Positions 8,502 to 16,920 of a stretch of DNA of 32,000 nucleotides are shown piece by piece. The first letter of the stretch is position 1. Every line of letters starts with the position of its first letter. The position numbers and the translations under genes were made by a program. This DNA comes from Candidatus Nitrosopumilus koreensis AR1 (GTDB lineage: Archaea; Thermoproteota; Nitrososphaeria; Nitrososphaerales; Nitrosopumilaceae), in NCBI RefSeq assembly GCF_000299365.1, contig NC_018655.1:750001-782000 (forward strand), written 5' to 3'. The notes below the pieces were generated by a model. It ran no database searches. It worked only from the letters and a program-made list of their open reading frames with translations, and was not told the origin of the DNA.

Positions 8502-10325
8502 TTACACTCCAACTCTTTTTGCACTAGTCCATGTTGCTTTTGTATTTCTTAATTGTTCTATCATAGCTTTTAACAATAATGCATCAACAATTTGTTTGAA
8601 TCCAAACACTAAGAATCCTGCATATGCTAGCAGTTTTTTATCTTCCTCATCAATTCGCAATGCTAAGGCGGTCATTAAGTAATGAACAATTATGAATATT
8701 AAAAATACCTGTAAGACATACCATCCATCTCCCATAACCACACCTAAAATTGCATTTATGGTCGCAGTAAATCCCACAATTGGTGTTATGACCATCCCTA
8801 AGAAAAGATATGGTAAGGACAATTTTTGTAAATACCCATATCTGGGATTAACCAATGCATCTGAATGTCTTTTTAATACCTGAATATTCCCACGATACCA
8901 CCTTTTTCTTTGTGCGATAAAATCTCGTAATGTGCTTGGGGCTTCAGTATATGCTGTAGCTTTAGTGCTTCCTTGCGTAATTAATCCTGCTTTAAGTAAC
9001 TTTATTGTTTGATCAAAATCTTCTACAATCGTTTCTTTTCCATATGGTCCTGCCTCAGTTAGGAATGATTTCTTAAATGCGCCTAATGCTCCTGGTACAA
9101 TGGTTATTGAACCAAATACATCAAATGCTCGTCGCACGATTTGAATTCCCGTAATGTATTCTAAAGCTTGACATTTTGTAAGCCAGTTTTTTTGATTTCT
9201 AACTTTAATGTTTCCTGCAACTGCTGCAACGTGTTCATTTACTTCAAATCCTTTTACAATTTCTTTCAACGACTGTCTACCAATAATTGTATCTGCATCC
9301 ACAATTACAATAATTTCACCTGTTGAATACTGAATTCCATAATTAATTGCAGTGGCTTTTCCCCCATTCTCTTTATGAAGAACTTTGATTTGATCTTTGT
9401 AATTTTTTGCAATACGTAACGTATTGTCTTTACTACCATCATCAACAAAAATAATCTCCTTTTTTGGATATTTTGTTTCCAATAAACCTTCAATCGTATT
9501 TGCAATAACCTTTTCTTCATTATATGCGGGAATAATTATTGATATGTTTGGATATGATTTTACATCTGGTTGTATATCTTCTCTGTATTTACTAAGTACT
9601 GCCATGGGTACAAATAGCATTGTGGACCAAAAGGTTATTGTCATGGCCCATAACAAAATAATTCTTATTGGTGATTCTAGCAACGTGTATCCTTCATAGA
9701 CAATCATTCCTCCTATCAGAAAAGGTGATAATAGCAAGAATAGCAAGAACGCTGATGGTTTTTTATTTCTAAATTTATTTCTGGAATAAAGTTTTCTTGT
9801 TGCATCTATAACATGATATATGGTAAGTCCTCCTCCTAAACCCATGGCAATCATGCTTATTGGTCCTAAGATGAAATATACTGAACAGCATAGTATTGCA
9901 AAAATTGAACCGGTTAATGCTAACTGAACAGGATCTTTTTTTATTTTAATTTCTCTTTGTGTGGTGTTATTCTTTTTTTGTTTGTTGTTATTGCTAAAAG
10001 TTTGAGGGAAACAGATCTTATGATACCATAAATTTTGGTCTCTGATCGACTTCTCATCTAATTTTATCGAATTCTTACAAATTTGACATGTGACTAAATT
10101 CGGATTCAAAAAAACCGATTTGTCTTTTCTTTTAGGTTCTTGTTTTTTTTCATAAATTATTGGGAAAATTGATTCTTTTAGAATATTTTCAAGATATTTC
10201 TGATCTGAATTTGGTATTTCTTTTTCTGTTTTTATTCTTTGTAAAAGATAATGATTTCTCCCCCAATCTCCTTTAGATTGTTTTATTGCTAAATTTAATT
10301 TTGCAATAAGGATGTCTTTCTCCAT
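8502..10325 (-). CDS. Membrane-integrated family 2 glycosyltransferase, processive synthase type (PgaC/IcaA/NodC/chitin-synthase-like)
   Basis: IIIPAYNEE, FVDDGSKDNT, DADT, VEDFD and QRKRWYRG (the QxxRW motif), flanked by multiple TM helices. There is an extra N-terminal cytoplasmic region with CQIC...HKIC. Confidence 0.85.
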   Translation of the reverse strand: MEKDILIAKLNLAIKQSKGDWGRNHYLLQRIKTEKEIPNSDQKYLENILKESIFPIIYEKKQEPKRKDKSVFLNPNLVTCQICKNSIKLDEKSIRDQNLWYHKICFPQTFSNNNKQKKNNTTQREIKIKKDPVQLALTGSIFAILCCSVYFILGPISMIAMGLGGGLTIYHVIDATRKLYSRNKFRNKKPSAFLLFLLLSPFLIGGMIVYEGYTLLESPIRIILLWAMTITFWSTMLFVPMAVLSKYREDIQPDVKSYPNISIIIPAYNEEKVIANTIEGLLETKYPKKEIIFVDDGSKDNTLRIAKNYKDQIKVLHKENGGKATAINYGIQYSTGEIIVIVDADTIIGRQSLKEIVKGFEVNEHVAAVAGNIKVRNQKNWLTKCQALEYITGIQIVRRAFDVFGSITIVPGALGAFKKSFLTEAGPYGKETIVEDFDQTIKLLKAGLITQGSTKATAYTEAPSTLRDFIAQRKRWYRGNIQVLKRHSDALVNPRYGYLQKLSLPYLFLGMVITPIVGFTATINAILGVVMGDGWYVLQVFLIFIIVHYLMTALALRIDEEDKKLLAYAGFLVFGFKQIVDALLLKAMIEQLRNTKATWTSAKRVGV

Positions 10326-10354
10326 TTTTCGATATCTCTACAATTTTATGGTAT

Positions 10355-10400
10355 ATGTGATTTCATTCTGTTCTATTTCTTACATGTGATTTTTACATGT
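10355..10400. promoter_or_regulatory. Repeated motifs upstream of the GT2 synthase gene (candidate operator)
   Basis: atgtgattt occurs at 10355 and 10384. ttacatgt occurs at 10380 and 10393 and contains the palindromic ACATGT. All lie in the 98-bp gap upstream of the GT2 ATG (10325). Confidence 0.25.
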
Positions 10401-10423
10401 ATTTCTATGGCAAAATTATTTTG

Positions 10424-11599
10424 TTAGTTTTTGTTTTTACCTTTGTCAGAGTTGCCAGCATTAGCAGAGTTGCCAGCATTAGCAGAGTTGCCAGGGTTGC
10501 CTAAAGATGCTAATACACTTTTTGCAGTACTTGATTTGTTATTACTTTTATTTTCCCGTGCATCTTTTCTCTGTTTTTCTTTCTTATCTTCTAATTGTTC
10601 TTCATCTTCATCTATAATTTTGGATGCTTCTTCAAGAGATTTTGTGATGTCATCTTCAATTATTGCTTCTAGTGTAGATATTGTTTGTGCCTCTTCGAAT
10701 TCTGCAATGATTTGTTTAGATTCTGTTAATGATTCAAGTATTTCATCTTCATAAATTTGCTCTAGTGTACCATGGAATATTATTTCATTTTCATTAAACT
10801 CTATTAGATCAAGAATGTTGTTATTGCTATTCTTTTTTAATTCAAATACTTTCTTCTGTTTTTCTTGTTTTTCTTTTTTATCTAACATTTGTTTAATGTC
10901 ATTTTTTACATTCTCTAATTTTGCTTTGAATTTGTCATCATTTGTTTGAGGAATCATTCTGTCAATTGCAGGTACTGCCAAATTCCACTTTTTTGTACTT
11001 ATTATTTCGTCTATGGCAACTTTGTGATGAATGTTTTGTACATCTCCACCATTTGCTTCATCTGCAAGCTTCATTCCTATTTTGTTCATCATTTTTTGGT
11101 AGTTTTCTTTTGCTTTTGTTACTTTAATTGCGTCTTCAATTTGTTTTTCTGATTCCTTGCTGAAATCTTGTTTTGCTTCATTGTTTTCAAAACTCAATTT
11201 GCTTTTAACTACTTCAGACACTAATTTCTTTTCAGTTAAAGATAACCCATTTTCTTTTTGATACTCTTTTACATCTTTTTCATATTTCTCAAAAACTATC
11301 ATATAGTTTTCTTTAAGATATGAGTAGATTTTGTCTACTTTTTCCTCGTTTCCGTCATTTACTTCATTAATTTCCAATAATGCCTTCTTAATCTGTTTTA
11401 TTTCAAATGATGTTTTACCTAATGTTAATTCGTCTAATTCATTTTCACTGTTTTTTAATTCTACTAATCTGTTGTTTACCTCAATCATTTTGGAAACCAT
11501 ACTGTCCGTATCTGCATATGCGTCTTGACCAGACATTCCTGTGACTGCCGAAATGGCCCCAATTATTGCAATTATTGCAATTACCTGCAGTGCTTTCAT
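10424..11599 (-). CDS. Hypothetical secreted Lys/Glu-rich coiled-coil protein with a C-terminal GNSANA repeat tail
   Basis: ATG start and a signal-peptide-like N-terminus (ALQVIAIIAIIGAISAVTG). Long charged helical regions. The C-terminus GNPGNSANAGNSANAGNSDKGKNKN is encoded by an 18-bp tandem repeat. Confidence 0.65.
   Translation of the reverse strand: MKALQVIAIIAIIGAISAVTGMSGQDAYADTDSMVSKMIEVNNRLVELKNSENELDELTLGKTSFEIKQIKKALLEINEVNDGNEEKVDKIYSYLKENYMIVFEKYEKDVKEYQKENGLSLTEKKLVSEVVKSKLSFENNEAKQDFSKESEKQIEDAIKVTKAKENYQKMMNKIGMKLADEANGGDVQNIHHKVAIDEIISTKKWNLAVPAIDRMIPQTNDDKFKAKLENVKNDIKQMLDKKEKQEKQKKVFELKKNSNNNILDLIEFNENEIIFHGTLEQIYEDEILESLTESKQIIAEFEEAQTISTLEAIIEDDITKSLEEASKIIDEDEEQLEDKKEKQRKDARENKSNNKSSTAKSVLASLGNPGNSANAGNSANAGNSDKGKNKN
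10447..10494. repeat. 18-bp tandem repeat (cagagttgccagcattag, about 2.7 copies) within a CDS
   Basis: Read directly from the sequence. It encodes the GNSANA repeats at the C-terminus of the 391-aa protein. Confidence 0.9.
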
Positions 11600-11863
11600 T
11601 TTACAGTACTAATACGACATTATGACCCATATTCAGAATGGAATTTTGTGTGAAAGAATCGTTCCTAAAAGGATCATTTTTGATAAAAACAGTGTTTTTT
11701 TGGCATGAAAATTGGGGTAATCTTTTCTCCATTTTGGAACTAGTTTTTGTCAAAAAATTCCACACATGTTTTGACCTATTTTGAGGTCATTTTGAGTAAT
11801 TTTTTTCTTTAAATGTTGATTTAACATCAATACCTAAAAAAACAGGATAATCTGTGATTTTGT

Positions 11864-12916
11864 GTGAAGAAAGTATTTGTTAATGGATATGGTTCTATTG
11901 GAAGTAGAATTACATCATTTCTAAAAGATGATCCTGAAATATCTGTCATTGGAGTTGGAAAATACTCTCCTGACAAAGACGTGGATGTTGCAATTTCTAG
12001 AGGATTGAATGTGTATGTACCTCAAGACAAGTTGACTGATTTTAATAATTTTAAAATTTCTGGATCAATTGAAACTGCTCTAGATGATTGTGATCTTGTA
12101 ATTGATGCAGCTCCTGGAGGTCATGGTTACAAAAATAAAAAAAATCTCTATGAACCACGTAACTTATCTGCAATATATCAAGGTGGAGAATCCACAATGG
12201 GAGATAACGCAGTTTCTGATTTATTGTTTAATTCTAGAGCTAACTATGATCTTGCAATTGGTAAAAATCATGTAATGCAAGGTAGTTGTAATGTAACTGG
12301 TATGGGGAGGATTCTTGAACCATTAAGAGACAAGTTTGGTGATGATCTTATTCGTTTTGATGTAACTCTTGTTAGAAGATGGGCAGATATTGAACAAACA
12401 GATAAAAAACTTTCAGATACTATTGAAATGACTGAAAAACCTCATCATGGGGATGATGTAAAATTGTATTTTGGAAAAGATGCTCCTCTTTATGTACGAG
12501 CAATCAAGGTACCAACTCGTCAAATGCATTTACACATCATGGATATTCGATTCAAAGAAACTGCTCCAAAGCCTTCTGAGATTCATGAACTTTTTGCAAA
12601 TGAGTTTGGTGTTGCTACATTGTGGACTGCAAAAGGAACAAAAGATGTAAGAGATTATGCTCAAAATATGGGATTTAATTTTACTGATACAAACATGATT
12701 CACATTCATGCCAATATGACCACATCCATTGGCGACACAGTACAGATGATGTATTCTGATGATCAAACTGGAATTGTTATTCCTGAAAATCACATGCTGA
12801 TGCAGGCAATGTTATTTGAAAAATCATATTCTGAAGCATTTGCGCATACAGAATCAATATTCCATATGGCAGAAAAGAAACAAAAATTACAAGAGCATTT
12901 TGCTAAAAAAGATTAA
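11864..12916 (+). CDS. gap: Glyceraldehyde-3-phosphate dehydrogenase, archaeal type II
   Basis: N-terminal Rossmann motif VNGYGSIGSR. The catalytic Cys block SCNVTG matches archaeal SCNTT. Size is about 350 aa. GTG start. Confidence 0.85.
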   Translation: MKKVFVNGYGSIGSRITSFLKDDPEISVIGVGKYSPDKDVDVAISRGLNVYVPQDKLTDFNNFKISGSIETALDDCDLVIDAAPGGHGYKNKKNLYEPRNLSAIYQGGESTMGDNAVSDLLFNSRANYDLAIGKNHVMQGSCNVTGMGRILEPLRDKFGDDLIRFDVTLVRRWADIEQTDKKLSDTIEMTEKPHHGDDVKLYFGKDAPLYVRAIKVPTRQMHLHIMDIRFKETAPKPSEIHELFANEFGVATLWTAKGTKDVRDYAQNMGFNFTDTNMIHIHANMTTSIGDTVQMMYSDDQTGIVIPENHMLMQAMLFEKSYSEAFAHTESIFHMAEKKQKLQEHFAKKD

Positions 12917-14166
12917 TTTCTAATTCGTTCTATTCTTATTTCCTTAGGCATGTTTTTTCTAACTTTTTCTACAATTATCCTTAAAGATTCTACTTCTATT
13001 TTGTCTCCTGCTTGAGGAATATCTTGGAGTCTTTCATGCAACAATCCATTGAGAGTTCCATAATCATCCCCTTCAGGGATGTCTGTTTTGAAAATATTGT
13101 TTATTTTTTCAATTTCAATATCGCCATTTACAATTATGGTATCTTTGTCAACAGATTTGTAATCTGCTGCCCTTATTGCATCTGTTTCATCTTCAATATC
13201 TCCAATGATCTCTTCAATCAGATCTTCCAGAGTCACTAAACCTTCTACTCCTCCATGTTCATCGATAACTATTGCCATGTGTGTCTTTCTTCCCTTCATC
13301 TCCTTTAGTAAAGAACTGACCATCTTTTCTTGAGATGCAAAAACTGGTTTTCGGGATAGTTGTTCAAGTGTAATTACATCTTTTTCTTTTTCTAATTGTT
13401 GAAGAACATCTCTAACATGTACAAAACCTACTATGTCATCTTGTGTTTCTCCAAATATTGGTATTCTTGAATGTGTACTTCTATTAATTTCAGGTAATGC
13501 TTCAAACAGCAACATCTTTGCAGGCAACATGAACATTTTAGTTCTGGGTGTCATCACGGTTCGTATTACTGTGTCATCAAATTCTAAAGCACTATGAACA
13601 AGTTCACTTTCATCTTTTTCTAAGGCTTTGTCTACTAACCCCTGTTCGACTATTCCTTTGATTTCTTCTTCTGTAATGGGTGGTGAGTCATAACTACTGC
13701 CAGTTATTTTTACCATGAATCTTGTAATTGATTCAAGTATCTTGACGATTGGCCAAAATGCATAACTAAATACCAACAAAACTCGTGAAAACCGTAACGC
13801 AATTTTTGTTGCATTTGCATTACAGTATGTTTTAGGCGTTATCTCTCCAAAAACCAAAATTAAGAAAGTCATTACACCTACTGCAATTCCTAATCCATCA
13901 CTACCAAAAATTCTAATTGCCACACTTGTTGCAAATGCGGAGGATCCAACATTTACAAGGTTGTTTCCTAAATTTACACTTGCCATCATCCATCCTGGAT
14001 TTGTCTTTAGTTTATGGAGGGCTTTTGCTCCTTTGACATTTTGTTTTAATAATTGATTTACTTTAGAACTTCTTGTTCCAACTAATGCTACTTCTAAACC
14101 ACTAAAAAATCCTGATAATCCAATTAATGTAGCTAAAGCTACTAATTCTACCCATAATTCTACCAT
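12913..14166 (-). CDS. CNNM/DUF21-CBS-CorC_HlyC family protein (putative divalent-cation transport mediator, hemolysin-like)
   Basis: DUF21 TM region (GFFSGLEVAL), a CBS pair (VMTPRTKM..SRIPIF..DIVGFVHVRD; MAIVIDEHGGVEGLVTLEDLIEEIIGDIEDE) and a CorC_HlyC tail. Confidence 0.85.
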   Translation of the reverse strand: MVELWVELVALATLIGLSGFFSGLEVALVGTRSSKVNQLLKQNVKGAKALHKLKTNPGWMMASVNLGNNLVNVGSSAFATSVAIRIFGSDGLGIAVGVMTFLILVFGEITPKTYCNANATKIALRFSRVLLVFSYAFWPIVKILESITRFMVKITGSSYDSPPITEEEIKGIVEQGLVDKALEKDESELVHSALEFDDTVIRTVMTPRTKMFMLPAKMLLFEALPEINRSTHSRIPIFGETQDDIVGFVHVRDVLQQLEKEKDVITLEQLSRKPVFASQEKMVSSLLKEMKGRKTHMAIVIDEHGGVEGLVTLEDLIEEIIGDIEDETDAIRAADYKSVDKDTIIVNGDIEIEKINNIFKTDIPEGDDYGTLNGLLHERLQDIPQAGDKIEVESLRIIVEKVRKNMPKEIRIERIRN

Positions 14167-14318
14167 GACATTCTCCCGAAAATTTTCTTAGAACAACTAC
14201 GTTGTTTTTTCATTTAGTTTTTTTGCACCATCTCTTGGTTACCAGAATTCAAAAAAACTCAGATTTAATCTTTAAGATGTTAAATTCATCCAAAACAAAA
14301 AACAAGCCTAAAACGAGG

Positions 14319-15662
14319 CTAATTTTTTGGAGGATTTGCAAATTTATTTTGTGGATTATTGTGATAATCTACAGGAAGCATTGCATCTTTTTGCCTACCT
14401 GTAAGAATTCCTACTACTGTGTCATCTTTACTGATAACTCCCTCATTGATTAATTTCTTAACGCCTACTACCGAGGCTCCTGATGCCATCTCACAATCAA
14501 ATCCATTAAGACCCACTACAGACATACCGTCAAGCATATCTGAATCTGAAACAGTTGTTACCACACCATTTGTAAATTCTAATGCACGTAAACCTTTCAA
14601 AATATTTGCAGGCCTTCCAATTTGAATTGCAGTAGCTTTTGTTTTTGGTCGTATACCTTCTTTATCCAAATAATCATAATATCTTGTAATTAATTCTGTG
14701 TTAGGTTTTCCTTTGTTCCATCTCAGCTCCTCTCCTTCAAATTTACCATTATACAAATCCGATAATGTGCTTGCACCTTCAGAATTTATGACTGCGATTC
14801 TTGGAATTTTTTTAATCCATCCCCATTCATATAATTCCATTAATGCTTTTCCACAACTAGATGTATTTCCTAATGCTCCTCCAGGATAAACAATCCAATC
14901 TGGTGTTTCCCAGTTCAAATATTCTAACACTCTAAATGGAATTGTTTTTTGTCCTTCTATTCTAAATGGATTGATAGAATTTACAGTATATCCGTCATGA
15001 TTTTGTGCATCATCTAATGACTGTTTTAATGCATCATCAAAATTTCCATCAATCTCTAATATCTGAGCTCCAAATTGATAGGCTTGACTTAATTTTCCTG
15101 GGGCAATCTGTCCTGAAGGAATGTATACATCACAATTTATCCCTTCATTTGCTGCAAACATTCCAGCTGATGCAGATGTGTTTCCAGTTGATGCACAAAC
15201 AATCTTTTTCGCACCTACCATTTTTGCATGAGTCACTGCCGTTGCCATTCCATTATCTTTGAATGAACCACTTGGATTGTATCCTTCTGGTTGTAGCCAA
15301 AAGTTTTCATTGGAAATCCCTACAAATTCTGCAGCTTTTGACATGTGGTATGGCTTTGATAATCTTCCTTCTGCCCCATCAAGTGAAACTAAATATTTTG
15401 AACACTCTTCTATGTCTTCTGTATCAATCTGGCAAAAGTTGAGTAACTCTCTAAATCGCCAAACCCCACTTTCATTAAAAATACTTCCATGAGGATTATG
15501 TCTTTTGTCAAATACCTCTTTTAGATTGTCAGATGGTGCATTTTTGTATTTTACATCAAGCAGATGACCCTTATCACAATGTACAATTGTACTTTCTATA
15601 GGATACTCTAAACCGCATTGTGGATCAATACATTTGAGATAAGCGTCTCCTTTCATAGTCAT
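14319..15662 (-). CDS. thrC: Threonine synthase
   Basis: PLP-lysine block GSFKDNGM, plus CASTGNTSAS and GNFDDA blocks. N-terminal zinc-ribbon-like C..C...HCDKGH. Confidence 0.9.
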   Translation of the reverse strand: MTMKGDAYLKCIDPQCGLEYPIESTIVHCDKGHLLDVKYKNAPSDNLKEVFDKRHNPHGSIFNESGVWRFRELLNFCQIDTEDIEECSKYLVSLDGAEGRLSKPYHMSKAAEFVGISNENFWLQPEGYNPSGSFKDNGMATAVTHAKMVGAKKIVCASTGNTSASAGMFAANEGINCDVYIPSGQIAPGKLSQAYQFGAQILEIDGNFDDALKQSLDDAQNHDGYTVNSINPFRIEGQKTIPFRVLEYLNWETPDWIVYPGGALGNTSSCGKALMELYEWGWIKKIPRIAVINSEGASTLSDLYNGKFEGEELRWNKGKPNTELITRYYDYLDKEGIRPKTKATAIQIGRPANILKGLRALEFTNGVVTTVSDSDMLDGMSVVGLNGFDCEMASGASVVGVKKLINEGVISKDDTVVGILTGRQKDAMLPVDYHNNPQNKFANPPKN

Positions 15663-15691
15663 TACGGAAAATTAATGATAATTTAAAGCAA

Positions 15692-15708
15692 ATGTGTAAT
15701 TTTTACAC
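15692..15708. promoter_or_regulatory. Perfect palindrome TGTGTAA-TTT-TTACACA in the thrC divergent promoter region
   Basis: 7-bp arms with a 3-nt spacer, read directly. It lies 30 nt upstream of the thrC ATG (15662). Confidence 0.25.
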
Positions 15709-15760
15709 AAGTCAAGCTATTTTTCCTAAACTTTAGATTGGATGTGTCTAGAAAATAATT

Positions 15761-16135
15761 GTGGTTACATATAACGAATATTTGAAAAATATTCTTTTAC
15801 AAATTCTTGAATCCTATAATTATCTCAATGACCTCAAGGACAAACCCGGAGATCTGGATATTATTAAAAAAGAATCACTAAAAATTAACGGTTTTTTAAA
15901 AGTGATATCCAACAAAATTGATGAAAATAAAATCACCCATTCTGATTTTAAGCCTTTAAAACAAAAATTCAAAAATTATTTAAAAAATTATTCATTTGAC
16001 CAAGAAATAGAAACTATGGCGCTTCTCTATAAAGAAGATATGCATAGAGTAAAAAATATGAGATTGAAGATCTTGGAATCTTTGGGGGAAAATACTATGA
16101 TTGCAGACATCAAGGAGTTAAGAGAGAAGATTTGA
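15761..16135 (+). CDS. Hypothetical helical protein
   Basis: 124-aa ORF with a GTG start and Lys/Glu/Asn-rich helical composition. No recognised motif. Confidence 0.45.
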   Translation: MVTYNEYLKNILLQILESYNYLNDLKDKPGDLDIIKKESLKINGFLKVISNKIDENKITHSDFKPLKQKFKNYLKNYSFDQEIETMALLYKEDMHRVKNMRLKILESLGENTMIADIKELREKI

Positions 16136-16236
16136 GTGAGAAAAAATGTGTGTTATGTGGGTGTAAAGATCATAAGTTGTTTGGGTGTAACAGACACATG
16201 TCAAAGAAATGTAGTTGCTACAAAGAAGAAAACTGA
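16132..16236 (+). CDS. Possible Cys-rich micro-protein (34 aa)
   Basis: My own translation: LSEKKCVLCGCKDHKLFGCNRHMSKKCSCYKEEN, with 6 Cys and 2 His. Only non-ATG starts are available (TTG 16132 or GTG 16150). It overlaps the stop of the upstream ORF. Confidence 0.2.
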   Translation: MSEKKCVLCGCKDHKLFGCNRHMSKKCSCYKEEN

Positions 16237-16244
16237 TTTTAAAA

Positions 16245-16361
16245 TTATTTGCGTTTAGGTCCAGATCTTTCATGGAAATTTAAACAGCATTTACATTCTT
16301 TTTCAAGACATTCTGATTCAGCATGGTGGCCACAAATTCCACATTCGCAACTTTTAGACAT
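16245..16361 (-). CDS. Cys-rich micro-protein (38 aa), putative metal-binding
   Basis: My own translation from the ATG at 16361: MSKSCECGICGHHAESECLEKECKCCLNFHERSGPKRK, with 7 Cys and 3 His. It is below the ORF-track length cutoff. Confidence 0.4.
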   Translation of the reverse strand: MSKSCECGICGHHAESECLEKECKCCLNFHERSGPKRK

Positions 16362-16437
16362 GATATATCTTGTATTATTTAGCATATAATAGTTAATTTG
16401 TAAAAAACTAATGCCAAATATCTAATTTCATTTATAA

Positions 16438-16755
16438 TTATTTTTTAGATTTTGATTTTTTGCCCGAAGTTTCTTTCCCTTCTAACTCTTTTTCGATCTC
16501 TTCTGCTTTGCTGTCTACTGCTTTGATGATTTCTTGAATTAATCCGTCAAGATCACTATCTTCGGCATCTGGTTCTACTGTGGAGGCAATTTCATTAATT
16601 GTATTTGAAATCTCTGCACTGACATCCTCAAAACTTTCAGGGTCTTCATATGCTGCATTATAGAGATTTTTTAGGTTATTTACATGACCTATTACTTGAT
16701 CTGTAATCACAATTCTATAATCCGTGCCATTTACCTCGAATTCTTTTGAACTCAT
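16438..16755 (-). CDS. Hypothetical highly acidic protein with a Lys-rich tail
   Basis: 105-aa ORF with an ATG start, a Glu/Asp-rich body and a C-terminal GKKSKSKK. No recognised domain. Confidence 0.5.
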   Translation of the reverse strand: MSSKEFEVNGTDYRIVITDQVIGHVNNLKNLYNAAYEDPESFEDVSAEISNTINEIASTVEPDAEDSDLDGLIQEIIKAVDSKAEEIEKELEGKETSGKKSKSKK

Positions 16756-16920
16756 ACTGTTTTTCGAATTCTTATCTTTATAGGCTTTACCATATTTGTC
16801 AGGGATTATCAGGGAATGTTTTTCAAAAGATCATACAACTACAATTTTAATTTTTTTGTATTTTATTCGTAAATTCTTTAAATTGAAAACATTCGTTAGA
16901 TAGTTTTATAAAATATTTTT

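Noticed and set aside
8194-8682. 162-aa plus-strand ORF spanning the deacetylase/GT2 junction
   Set aside because: It is antisense to two motif-supported genes. It is Cys/Leu/Phe-rich with no motif, so I consider it spurious. The same applies to 7026..7295, 8692..8883, 9305..9520 and 9424..9699.
10447-10494. Tandem repeat considered as a possible CRISPR-like or minisatellite array
   Set aside because: The units are contiguous with no spacers. The repeat is in frame and encodes GNSANA inside a CDS, so it is a coding tandem repeat and not a CRISPR array.
10431-10754. 107-aa plus-strand ORF, together with 10942..11152 and 11331..11528
   Set aside because: All are antisense shadows of the 391-aa Lys/Glu-rich gene. 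The low-complexity Ser/Leu/Phe runs mirror the Glu/Lys codons of the opposite strand.
14202-14453. 83-aa plus-strand ORF in the CorC/thrC spacer
   Set aside because: It is low-complexity, Cys/Ile/Phe-rich, and runs antisense into the thrC 3' end. The spacer more likely holds the CorC promoter.
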